Of a stretch of 64,000 bases of DNA, positions 27,371 to 45,288 are shown piece after piece. The stretch lies in NCBI RefSeq assembly GCF_009914755.1, contig NC_060933.1; one strand, given 5' to 3'. Positions within the stretch are counted from its first letter, which is position 1. Every line of letters starts with the position of its first letter. Source of the DNA: the human T2T-CHM13v2.0 reference genome, Homo sapiens. The notes under the pieces were generated by a model. The model worked only from the letters and a program-made list of their open reading frames with translations. It made no database searches and had not been told where the DNA came from. Made by a program: the position numbers and the translations under genes.

Positions 27371-27589
27371 TAAATTTCAATTTTCTAACCTAATGCCATT
27401 GTTTTGGTTTTCTCTCAGGAAGCTATAGATCAATTATTTCAATGTATATTACTATATCTATGACACTAAAGAGAGTAAACTATGTAACTCTCAGCCTCAT
27501 TTATTGCCTAAAAAGATGAGGCTTTAGTCTGCCTGAGAATTCCTCAGGATGAGGATTCTGTGACATTAACTTTGTTGTAATTTATTTTA

Positions 27590-28250
<661 letters not shown>

Positions 28251-28307
28251 AAATATATTCAGCCAATATAACTGGCATTTTAACAAAATGTGGATCTTTT
28301 GTTAAGT

Positions 28308-28624
<317 letters not shown>

Positions 28625-28869
28625 TAGTAGTTTAAGTCTAGGGGGATGGGTGAAGAGCTGACTGATTGAAATATAAAACCAAACAGCAGCAAAGACACAT
28701 GGAACCCTGCACAGCTTGCTATCTTCCCGCTGTGCCTTGCACCACAGCCCCCATTGCAGCCAGCCCTTCAGGAAGAAAATGAGGCTACCGCTTTACTTCA
28801 GGAATTTTCTGAGAATCACTGTGCCATAGAGCTGGAAAGAAGAAATGTTAAGGGGTTAAAATCGAGCTC

Positions 28870-29105
28870 CAGGAGAGAAAGGCCAATTTTGCCTGTCCTT
28901 TGTTTTTGCTCTGTCCAGGTCCCCAGCCAATTGGATGGTGCCCACCCACACTGAGGGTGGTCTTCCCCACTTAATCTACTCAGATTCACATGCCAATCTC
29001 CTCTGGAGACACCCTCACAGACACACCCTAAAATAATGCTTTAGCAAGTCTCTCGGTATTTATCCCCTAATCCACTCAAGTAGACACCTAAAATTAACTA
29101 TCACA
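28870..29105 (-). mobile_element. MLT2 (ERVL) LTR fragment
   Basis: TTGGATGGTGCCCACCCACA...TGCCAATCTCCTCTGGAGACACCCTCACAGACACACC...AAATTAACTATCACA. Confidence 0.8.
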
Positions 29106-29239
29106 GCACAGAACTTCTCAAAGTGTGGTCTGGGTTCCAGCAACATCAGCCTCACCTGAGCGCTTGCTAGAAGGGCACACAGTCTCAGGCACCACTTGAC
29201 ATCTGCTGAGTCAGAGTCTTTGCTGGTGAGGCCCCAAAA
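29106..29239. mobile_element. Partial MER5 (hAT-Charlie)
   Basis: CTTCTCAAAGTGTGGTC...CAGCAACATCAGC motif. Confidence 0.75.
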
Positions 29240-29764
29240 TGGCTTGGGGGCTTGCTGAAGAGTAAAATTCACGTCATTGTATTACTTCTTCTACTGGCTT
29301 CCTCTCTTTTCACCTTTTGTGTTTCATGAATTTTTAGTAGCCTTAAACCCTTTTTGAAATTAAGAAGATAATTGACACAAAGTTCTACATTCTACCAGGT
29401 TAGGCATTTCCTTGCAAATGAAAAATAATATACAGTTTTCCAAAATAGTACTGTACTTTTTATTAATTCTAGCTGGCAACTCTTTTTGTGGAATGGCAAG
29501 GTTTTCAAGGGGAAAAGTTTTAGATACTAGTTCTATTACTTTGATTAAACCTGTATTGTGTCTTCCCTATCTATGCCAAAATTGTTTTTTTTTTTTTTTA
29601 ATTCAAAAAACCTACAGCTACTCACGATTATTGCATGTTTCAGAAGGGTGAACATCTCCCAACTTTTATGCCAGAAGCCTGATAACTTATTGAAAATGGT
29701 CACAGATAATTGAGATGTAGATTTTCAAGTAAGTTTCAATGGAGAACTAAAACTGTTGAAATTA

Positions 29765-30147
<383 letters not shown>

Positions 30148-30154
30148 TTACTAG

Positions 30155-30515
<361 letters not shown>

Positions 30516-30664
30516 TGATGATATTTCTTTAATATACAAAAAAGTTGCTTTCTCATTCCAGTTACTCCTAGAAATGTATTCCTTGTCAGAGAACTCCAGA
30601 GGCCGACTCAGACCTAGTTATGCCCACCTCTTAAAGAAAAATTGAGGTCTATTAGATCTAGTAA

Positions 30665-30854
30665 CATTGCCTTTCAAATTTTAAGTGCATATGAATCATC
30701 TGGAGAGGTTTTAAAACACAGTGTTTTGGGCCCCACCTTCAAAGACTCTGACTCAGCAGATGTGGAGTGGTGCCTGAGACTGTGCCCTTCTAGCAAGCAC
30801 TCAGGTGAGGCTGATGTTACTGGAAGCCAGACCACACTTTGAGAAGTTCTGTGC
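30665..30854. mobile_element. MER5, near complete
   Basis: TTTCAAATTTTAAGTGCATATGAATCATCTGG...GACCACACTTTGAGAAG. Confidence 0.75.
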
Positions 30855-31060
30855 TGTGATGGCTAATTTCGGGTGTCCACTTGACTGGATTAGGAAATAA
30901 ATACTGACAGGCCTGGTAAAGCATGATTTTGAAGTGTGTCTATAAAGGTGTCTCCAGAGGAGATTGGCGTGTGAGTCTGAGTGGACTAAGTGGAGAAGAC
31001 CCACCCTCGATGTGGGCGGGCACCATCCAATTGACTGGGAACCCAGATAGAACAAAAACA
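30855..31060 (+). mobile_element. MLT2 LTR fragment (inverted copy of 28901-29105)
   Basis: TGTGATGGCTAATTTCGGGTGTCCACTTGACTGGATTA... Confidence 0.8.
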
Positions 31061-31069
31061 TATCTATCT

Positions 31070-31370
31070 ATGGTAGGTCAATGACAACTGCAGCCTCAGA
31101 TTTTCACCTTTCCCTGCATTCTTGCCCCCTACAATGTCACTTTCTAGATCTTCACATCCAGAGGTGATTATTTTCTCCCCACCCTTGACCTGTGCCAGTC
31201 TTGTTACTTGCAGCTCAGCCAATAGAATGAGGAAGAGGTTACAGTATGCTAGTTCTGAGGCTATGTTTCAAGAACCTTGCATGCTTCTGTTTCATCCCTT
31301 AGGTGCCTGCCACTGCCACAAGGACATAAGGATGAGTGACCACGTGGAGCAGAGTTTGGGTCATCCCGAA
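31070..31370 (+). mobile_element. MLT1 LTR fragment
   Basis: CAGCCAATAGAATGAGG..TAGTTCTGAGGC..CCTTGCATGCTTCTG. Confidence 0.55.
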
Positions 31371-31580
31371 CTCTTCTTTGCCAGGGGCAAAGAACTTGTA
31401 GAGGTCTTGTTTCTGCTAGTTACCTATGTCTTATAGCTCTAGCTCTCACAGAGTTGGTCCAACATATGGCTCATCTCAGTGTCTAATGCATACTGTCCTT
31501 TACCCATAAATAAACCAGTGCAAGTGGCAAATGTCAGTGTCTGGAAGATTTTGAGTTTACCTTTAAAGCCATAGTCATAA

Positions 31581-31985
<405 letters not shown>

Positions 31986-32343
31986 AAAGTCAAATATTTA
32001 TCATTTCTATTTTAAAAATCCTTGTGTCATCCTTCTACCAAGAATTTCTGACTGGTTCTTTATCATTATCCACCCTAATCTCACAGGTTGTGTGGCCCTG
32101 GTGCTCTTGTTTGACTGTTTGATCTTCCCTTTCCTTTTCAGCCACTAACTTTGCCCATGACCCTATTCCCCTTCAACTTCTGCTAACTCCTGATTAAGGG
32201 CAGTTTAATTCTCTCTCTTTTCCTGTAATTCCTTAAGACCTTAACATTGGGACTTCACCTCAATGAAAGCGCTCCATTTTCCTAAAAAAGATAGCTCTTT
32301 TTACAAGAGAAACTGAAGTTTTCACCACTGAAATCACATTTGA

Positions 32344-32677
<334 letters not shown>

Positions 32678-32745
32678 CAAACCATTTATTCAAGACTGTA
32701 GTTCTGGAACCATGCCAGAGGCTGACAACAAAACCTGTTCTCTAT

Positions 32746-33385
32746 TGTGCCAATTATTAAGCTATTGCCTCTCACTTGCAACCCCCGCCTTTCCTACTCT
32801 GCTCTAAGATGCTGTGACTAGGACTCTGCAAACTACATTTCTGCTTTGCCAGCTTGCTGTGTGTTAGATTCTGATAATACGGGGCTCAAGTGGGAGTCAA
32901 CGAGTGCAAAGAAGGAAGAAACTTGCTCCTTTCTATTTGTTTCTTCTGGAGCTTCCTTCTGCTTGCAATTCCTGGAAGCATCACACTGGCAATGTTTCTT
33001 CGCCCTAACAATAGCAGCTTCTTCCCATAGCAGCAGCTGAACTCAGGTGGAAGTCTGCCAATACTTGGAGCACTAGCTTTATCCTGCCCCCATCTCAGAG
33101 AAAACAGCACCAGTCAGCAGGTGCCCCTGAGGTTCTGAGGCTTAGCTCCACTGGGTCCTCCTCTAACTTTCTAAATATTAATAACTCCAGCTTCTTCCTT
33201 TTGTACTCTCTGCCCTAGGGATGGATGGTTGCTGCTTTTTACAGTTGCTACATCTGTGATACATTAGACTTCTCTTTTTACCCTTTCAGTTTCTTCCACC
33301 TTTACACCTAGTTAATCCATTATATTAAATTCTGTCAGTAAAACTAACTGGAGAGGTTTGTGTCTCCTGGCCAGAATTTGATACA
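32746..33385 (+). mobile_element. LTR33-like ERVL solo LTR
   Basis: Runs TGTGCCAATTATTAAG...TGATACA with a perfect 5-bp TSD TCTAT on both sides. Confidence 0.75.
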
Positions 33386-33683
33386 TCTATCATCAAGGAC
33401 CTGCTGGTCTGAAGCAGAAGACTGTCTCTTCCGAGAAAGGTGTATGTCAAAGGAAGTAGAGGAGAACGTGGATGAGAAAGTTAAAGTTCAAATTTATCCT
33501 GGGAAACAATAGGTGTAGACATAGATATGTTCATACATACCAACCAAGGAAAATATTTTAGAATTTCTTCACTTTTGCGAATATTAAAGTGTACTCTTTA
33601 AAAATAACTGTTAAAGCATGGCATGACCTTGTGTCTTTTCTGCATGACTTTCTTGCAACTTGGCTTTGAAAAATTGAATCTTG

Positions 33684-33981
<298 letters not shown>

Positions 33982-34210
33982 TCAATGTGACAGACCCAAT
34001 CCAGGAACAATTTGCCAGGGTGAGGCTACTCCAGACCACACTATTTAGCTTCTGTCCTTCAATAACAAGGGAACAAAAAACTCAATTCTCCCTGAGAAGG
34101 TAGGAGACTAGAGAGCAAAGTGGTAAAAACTTCAACATTGAGTACAAAGCAAAACAAATCAAATAGGTCAAAGGTAAATAGAATGTTTCTGACTTTGACA
34201 AAACATAAGT

Positions 34211-34657
34211 ACAGTCAGCCCTCCATATCTGTGGATTCTGCATTCATGGATTCAACCAACTGCAGATCAAAAATATTCAAAAAAATTATGTCTTCACTGA
34301 ATATGTACAGACTTTTCTTGTCACTATTCCCTAAACAGTGCAGTATAACAACTATTTACATGGCATTTACAGTGTATTAGGTATTATAAGTAACCTAGAG
34401 ATAAATTAAAGCACACAGAAGGATGTACATAGGTTATATGCAAACACTGTACCATTTTGTATCAGAGACTTGAGCATCCTCTGATTTTTTTTGTACAGAT
34501 TTAAGGGGTACAGCAAGTACAATTATGTTACATGAATATATTGTGTAGTGGTGAAATCTGAGCTTTTAGTATAACCATTGTCCAAATAACAACTTTGGAT
34601 TTTGATATCCAAGGGAGTTCCTAGAACCAATCCCCCATAAATACCGAGGGATGATTA
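34211..34657 (-). mobile_element. MER2 (Tigger-type MITE) with a ~100-bp L1MA/PB 3'-end fragment inserted at ~34485-34595
   Basis: TIR-like ends CAGTCAGCCCTCCATATC / ATACCGAGGGATGAT; the insert reads like an inverted L1 3' end. Confidence 0.75.
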
Positions 34658-34759
34658 TATATTGAATGTTTTATATATGATTTCATCATTATATATTGAT
34701 GATTATATATTGAAGATTATAGATTTAAGATTATATATTGAAGACTACTTACAATAGTC

Positions 34760-34975
34760 AATAATTTATTGAGCTTCTATGAGTTAAATGCTTTACATCT
34801 CAAATCCCATGTAAACTCATAACAACTCTTTAGTTAGGTGCTTTCATTATCCTTAATTTACAGATGAGAGAACTGAGGCATAAACAGTTCAAGGAGCTTT
34901 TTCAAGGCCATGCAACCAGTAAGTAGGTGAGAATAAGAACCTAAGTTTGTCTGGTATAAAGCCAGAGCTCTTCAC
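34760..34975 (-). mobile_element. MIR
   Basis: TTTACAGATGAGAGAACTGAGGC core. Confidence 0.65.
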
Positions 34976-35779
34976 CGGGAGATACTGATTCACCTTAAGT
35001 TCTTTAAGAGTGTTACATAAAATAATAGCAAGTTGGAATAAACATACTTCAAGGAAGTTTACAGTTTCCTATTATATCAGCAAAGCCATGTTTAGAATAG
35101 TAGTTTTGAAATAGTATTCAAATGCTTTCCAAACCAAACACCAAATGAAGGAACTCAAGAGAAGTTCGAGAATTATGAGGTCCATGCAAGATTTAACTTA
35201 AATGACAGCAAGCTGACACACTACATATTATTTTACTGGTTTGATATTAATATTTACGGAAACTTTTTCAATGTTTCTTGAGATGTCTTTTTCATCTTTG
35301 TCTCTTCATTAACTAGTATAATACCTGACCCATGATGCATTTTTAATAAAGATTTGTTGAAGAGAAAGAAGAATTTGGTCAATTCATATCTCCATCATGA
35401 TTTAATGAATATTCAAATGCGTAGACTCTCAGCCTACATGGTTAATTTTTAAAACTTAGGTAACTAAATCTTAGTTAGCCTGAATGGCCTTAAGAGAGAT
35501 TCACAGAGAGTCAACTACTTTGCCAAGGTCATTTAGCGAGTGTGTGATGGAACCAGGATTGGAACTCAGGGCTGTCAAACTCAAATCCAGCTCTTATCCA
35601 GTGTTCAACTGCTTTGAATAGTCTCTTCTCTCTGTTTCTTAATTTTCACATCTGTAAAACTGAAAAAATAATGTCTACTTAATTAGATTTTATTTACTCA
35701 ATAAATAAAGTCAAGTATGTTGACAATTAAAATTGAAATTCATATTTTCAACAACCAGTTGAGAAACGTTTCTTAGTAA

Positions 35780-36119
<340 letters not shown>

Positions 36120-36316
36120 GAAAAACTGTCCTAACATTAATATGATTTAGTAAAGGATGCCAGATGAAACAAGGAAATTGTTTTGGACAATATTTTAAAA
36201 ACTAGATCCAGACAGTGTTTCTTACAACTTTTCAGAGCTGTATGATGACTTTAAAATCATATTTATAGAAACAATTTCCTGGCTTTAAAATTAATTTTGG
36301 CATTATACGGTATTTA

Positions 36317-37118
<802 letters not shown>

Positions 37119-37326
37119 TCAACCAAGATGATGAGTACCTACTTGCCATATAAATCACAACTGCTTTCAACACCCCAGGTACACCTCTTTCTCTGTCTCT
37201 CTCTCTCTCTCCCCCCAACACACACCCCAAGGAAGTTGATTCTTTCTGTATCCAACTAATGAATTTAGCCTTCCTTCAAAGCCCAACTTAAAAGCAAACT
37301 CCTACCTGATATATTGTAGGATGTAG

Positions 37327-37710
<384 letters not shown>

Positions 37711-37864
37711 TCCTCATTCTTAAAGCATGTGGTGAAAACCGTGGTACAGCATGCTTTGATTTGGATTGGACACGTACTGGCTCTCCTGACAAAATGGAAC
37801 TGGAGAATAGTATGACCTTCACTTTTATGGAAATCTTCATATTCCTTACTGCATGGTGTTTTCC

Positions 37865-37866
<2 letters not shown>

Positions 37867-37912
<46 letters not shown>
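37867..37912. repeat. (TG)23 microsatellite
   Basis: Directly visible. Confidence 0.97.
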
Positions 37913-37915
<3 letters not shown>

Positions 37916-38239
37916 CAGATTTACCCTTTGTAGGTCTCCTCAAAGCTGATTCCTCCAGAGTTAGGTAAAGTCTTTCTTGTCCGACTCTATTTGTATCTTC
38001 CATGTCCTTCCATTCCATGTCCTGCAACATGAAATTATATGGGACTCAGGGCCTCCCTCCCAAATTCTTGCAGCCATTTTCATCATTCATTTTAAGACAT
38101 AACGGGGGCTTTACCTGTAGGTGGGCAACTTGCTCCACAGCAGATTTAAATTGACCAGAAGGATCATTCTAAAGTTCAAATTCTAGACATCTCGCCATGA
38201 AAAATGTTGGCCTTTGTGAACACCATCTAAAGGGCAATA

Positions 38240-38640
38240 TGGTGAAATGAGATGAGCTTGAGGTTTGAATTCCATCTCTGAAATTTATACCTTAATCACT
38301 TTGATGATAATAATTAAGTATTTCTAGTCTGACATGAATCCTCAAAACAACTGTTTGCAGTAGCTCCTATTCTCCATTCCCACTCCCATTTCATAGGTAA
38401 AGAAACTGAGGCTTAGAGAGTCCATTTTCCTCCCACAATCACACAGCTAGTTAATGATTGTGTCAGGACTGGAACTCAAGGCAATGAAACTCAAGCCCCA
38501 GTTCTTAACCTCAATTTTATATAGCTTCATAAGTTCCATAACTTATTTCTCAGTTTTCTTACCTTAAAAATTGAACAAATAATTGTACCTCATTGGGTGG
38601 TTGAAGTAGCAACACAATAAATATTAGCTTCCTTTCACTG
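38240..38640. mobile_element. MIR fragments
   Basis: GAAACTGAGGCTTAGAGAG core and CTCAGTTTTCTT. Confidence 0.55.
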
Positions 38641-39356
38641 GAACTGTGGAATTGCTAAATCAATTTGAATCAAGACCTTTGGTAGAAACAAGTGAACATT
38701 ATAGGTAATGCCCTGAATTTCATCCTCTGTTTTTCCAAGTAATTATAGGCTTCCCAATGACCCAGGTGCTTCTTGGTTGCAGATTTGAGTCTCCTACAAA
38801 GAGCAGGCTTCAGAAATGCCTTCGTTGGTCCTTAGCAATTTAAACACCTTTGCTGTGAGGGATTGAGGACTTTTAAAAGAGCACTTCTCACATTTTGTTG
38901 ACAATAGCTTTTCCCTTTACGAATAGAAACAATTGTGTAAATTTACATATGTATCAATCTGAGCAGGGTTAGCTGTGTATTAACTTGGGGCAAGGAAAAC
39001 TTAAGTCTAGAAAAGGAAATTGTCTTTAGTTTAACAAAGGAGAGGAAATTTACTCCTACTCCCCACCAAGAAGAAGAATGGACAAAGAAAGTACAAATGA
39101 CCTATAGCCACATGGCTAAACCCCTTTCTCCTTTCCACAACAAAAGATCAACATCCAGTGACAATATTATGATGTTGATTTTGTTTTATACTGATGTATC
39201 ATCAATTTTCATTTCTTTTTTTCTCTTTTCACATCATGTGAGATAAAGCCAATGATTGTGTACTTTTGATGAATCACAATGGCCTTTTTAATCTTTTGTT
39301 CTTCCCCTTATTATTCAACTAAGACAACATAGAGCCATTTCCAAGAGTTTACACAA

Positions 39357-39390
<34 letters not shown>

Positions 39391-40180
39391 GTTTCCCATG
39401 CTGTAAGTTGAAAGACCTGAGTACTAGTGTCTGCAATTCCTTTCTTCCTGATACTGAGAAAACAACAGAACTTCTCCTAAGCTTTAGTTTCCTTATTTAC
39501 ATTAATCACTTCCACATTTATCAAGCACTCCTTATGTAGCAAACACTGTGTTGTTGGGAGTTGTGCAAATAATGCTGCCCTATTTACCCCCACAAAATCA
39601 CTGCAAGATGAAGTGTCCAAACACTCGGTCCAGCACCAAAAGTTGATAATTATCTTGTTCTAAGAAGGTCAGGTGAATGAAAGCTCTTTGTAGACTAAGT
39701 GTGCTACAGATGCTAGTGATGGGGATGGTGGTAATGAGGAAAGTGATGCCGGTGACGATGAGGAGGGGGGATGCTGTGAATAGTATCCATCCAGTGTTAG
39801 GAAAGTATTGATGCTACTGCTCTAGATTCATTGCAGATTTCAAAGTGGCAAACAAAACTTTTACGGGCATGGAAATGGAGTAGGAAATGGTAGACCTTTT
39901 TTTTTGCCTTGATCTAACAGAAGGTTGCTTCATGGAGCCTATAAGCCTATAGCACGTACATTAACATTATGTTCAAGTTCTCAAGATCAGATTCCTGGGA
40001 TATCTCTTCCACATGCAACATTAACATTCTTCTTGACATATTTTATAAAGTGCCAGCCAGAGTGAGACAGAAACTCAGATATCTAAGAGCCTACTGAATT
40101 ATTTGTAATCCTCGAAGCTGCCAAATGAAATTTATAGGTTGTAATATTTTCAGAGCATCTCACTAAAAATAACAATCCCA

Positions 40181-40526
<346 letters not shown>

Positions 40527-40927
40527 TTACCTGCCCCTCCACACAGTAGGCATTATTTTTAGTACACTGAGCACTCTTTGGCATAAAAGATAAAAATGAG
40601 ACACTTGACACTCACTACTAGTTTGTTCCTTGAGTCAAATAAGACTAAAATCTAGGATTTAGAAAATATTATTATTCTCAAAAAAAAGAAAGAAAATATT
40701 ATTATTCTCTCTTTTTTACACATGATGTTGATACAGTTTCTAAAACAATCCCAAAGTCACTAAACTATCATTCTAAAATAAACATACTTGAGATTTCTGA
40801 ATTTCTAAATTTAAAATATATCTCATATTAATACTAAAGTCAAGACTTAAGACTCTATAGCCCAATATCTATTTCACTTTTTAAATGATTGGTCATTGTG
40901 GATACAGTCTGGTGAGAATCTAAAATA

Positions 40928-41345
40928 GGCACAGTGGACCCCAGGTCTCCAAGATGACATCAGTCATACCAGTGAAGGACAAGAAACATCTGGAGGTCAA
41001 ACTAGGGGAGCTGCCAAGCTGGATCTTGATGCAGGATCGAGTCATTGCCGCAGGGATTCAAAGAGGTTACTACTGGTACTACAACAAATACATCAGCGTG
41101 AAGAAGGGGAGCATCTCGGGGCTGACCATGGTGCTGGCAGGCTACATGCTCTTCCGATACTGCCTTTCCTACAAGGAGCTCAAGCACAAGCGGCTATGCA
41201 GGTACCACTGAAGAAGGGGACACGCTCTGCACTCCCCACCATGACCTTCTTGGCCCAAGCCCCACCATGAGGAACACAATCTTGATCGTTGCTGAATCCT
41301 TTCATATTCTAATGGGAATTAACCTCCAAATAAAAGATGACTGGT
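40928..41345 (+). pseudogene. ATP5MFP3: Processed pseudogene/retrocopy of ATP5MF (ATP5J2, ATP synthase Fo subunit f); open ORF 40954-41211 (85 aa)
   Basis: ORF MTSVIPVKDKKHLEVKLGELPSWILMQD...YYNKYISVKKGSISGLTMVLA...YKELKHKRLCRYH is clearly subunit f. Intronless, with 5'UTR remnant and AATAAA at 41329-41334. The pseudogene number is from memory of the locus. Confidence 0.93.
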
Positions 41346-41482
41346 TATATATATATGTGTGCGTGTGTGTATATATATATATATGTATATACATATATAT
41401 ATACACATATATATATGTATAAACATATATATATACACATATATATATATATATACACACACGCACACACATATATATATAT
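41346..41482. repeat. Compound (TA)n/(TG)n/(CA)n microsatellite at the position of the retrocopy poly(A) tail
   Basis: Directly visible. Confidence 0.95.
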
Positions 41483-41488
41483 GAGTTA

Positions 41489-41801
<313 letters not shown>

Positions 41802-42016
41802 GTTAAAAATTATTTGGATAGATGCAAATTCAAATGCTTTGTGTTAGATGTGTGCATTTTCTGTTGCTGCTGTAATAAATTACCATAAACCTAGTGGCTT
41901 AAAATAATGCAATTTGTTCTTACAGTTTTGGAGGTCAGAAGTCCAAAAATCAGTTGTCCAGGCTAAAGTCAAAGTGTTGGCAGGACTGGCTTCTTCTGGA
42001 GGCTCTGAAGGGATAA

Positions 42017-42427
<411 letters not shown>

Positions 42428-42665
42428 CACCTTCTCATGTTCTGTAGTCAAATCTTTGATGGAGTTAAGGGCACACCACCCCAAAATATAGCACCTTGGC
42501 ATTTGAGAAAATAGCAGAACCAGGAAGGTCACTTCACCTTTCACCACCCTTCCTCCATGATGCAAATCATAAAAACTAGGAAGAATTTTCTGATCTTCTC
42601 CTGAAGCATGTCATAAGATTCTTACTAAAGAGGTGCCCTCCCTATATCTGGGGGAAAGGAGCTAA

Positions 42666-43423
<758 letters not shown>

Positions 43424-44032
43424 AGGGTCTTCAATTCCTTATGAGGGCTCCCATCTCACACAAACCTTATTAAGTAAATGTATATGCTTTTCTCCTGTCA
43501 ATCTATCTTTTGATGGGGCCTCAGCCATGATCCTAGTGATGGGTAAGGAAGAGACTTCCTTTCCCCCACATTTGCCTCTGCCTTCCTCTTGTAAAGACAC
43601 TTACGATAACGCTTAGGGCCTGCAGGATAACCTCCCCATTATAAGATAGTTACTTTAATCACATTTACAAAGCCCTTTTTATTATACAAATTAACGTTTT
43701 CAAGTTCTGAGAATTAGGAAGTGGGTATCTTGGGTGGGAGGGGACATTATTATGTCTACCACACCAGGTGAGTCACTCATTAATATGGGGCTTTTGTAGA
43801 CCTTACCTAGATTTTCTACTCCATGAAAAAGGTAAAATAACATTTGATTTCACATCTAATCAAGATATTCATCACAGTAACTTCTACGGAGAACTCCAAC
43901 TAGAGCACCTGACATTCAAGATTATGGGGCAGGACTAAAGGGGTCCCACAATAAATCTCACAGATTAATTGAAGGCAAGGTGATTTTGTATCCAAAGAAA
44001 TCTGTTGCTTGCTTTCTATCTCCATCTCTTTA

Positions 44033-44437
<405 letters not shown>

Positions 44438-44534
44438 TCATGTGCTTACTGGCCATATTTATGTCTTTTTAATTAAGGTGTTTGGTCAAATCTTTTGCAG
44501 TTAAAAATAATGAGTTTTTACTGAAAAAATAAAT

Positions 44535-44854
44535 TTTAGAGATAGGGTCTGTCACCCAGGCTGGAGTGCAGCGGTGCGATCATAGCTCACTGCAGCCTCA
44601 AACTCTTGAGCCCAAGCAATCTTCCCTACTCAGTCTCCTGAGTAACTGGGGCTACAGGTCCATCACACCACTCCTAGCTAAGTTTTTAATTTTTTCAGAG
44701 ATGGAACTGGGGATAGTAAGTGGGGGGATAGGGAGATGTTGTGGAGGTCTTGCTATGTTGCTCAGGCTGGTCTTGAACTCTTGGCCTCAAGCGATCCATC
44801 CACCTCTGCCTCTGGAGTAGCTGGTATTACAGGCTTGAGCCACTGCACCCAGCT
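44535..44854 (-). mobile_element. AluJ with a ~40-bp G-rich internal insertion
   Basis: Dimeric Alu; non-Alu GAACTGGGGATAGTAAGTGGGGGGATAGGG near 44704. Confidence 0.85.
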
Positions 44855-44979
44855 AGAGATACTTAATCTGGTTAAGAAAATGCAAATTGTACCACCAGAG
44901 AAAACTTCATTTTTCCCTTTGAAGTGAGGATTACAAGATAAGGATCATATATATATATATATATACATACACATATATA

Positions 44980-45288
44980 ATTTTATTTTATTTTATTTTA
45001 TTTTATTTTGAGATAGAGTTTCGCTCTTGTTGCCCAGGCTGCAGTGCAATGCGCGATTTCAGCTCACCACAACCTCGGCCTCCTGGGTTCATGCAATTCT
45101 CCTGCCTTGGCCTCCTGAGTAGCTGGGATTACAGGCACCTGCCACTATGCCCGGCTAATTTTGTATTTTTAGTAGAGACAGGGTTTTTCCATGTTCGTCA
45201 GGCTGGTCTCGAACTCCTAACCTCAGGTGATCATCCCGCCTCAGCCTCCCAAAGTGCTGGGATTACAGGCGTGAGCCACCGTGCCCGG
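44980..45288 (-). mobile_element. AluS (Sp/Sq)
   Basis: Dimeric Alu, (TTTTA)n tail. Confidence 0.92.
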
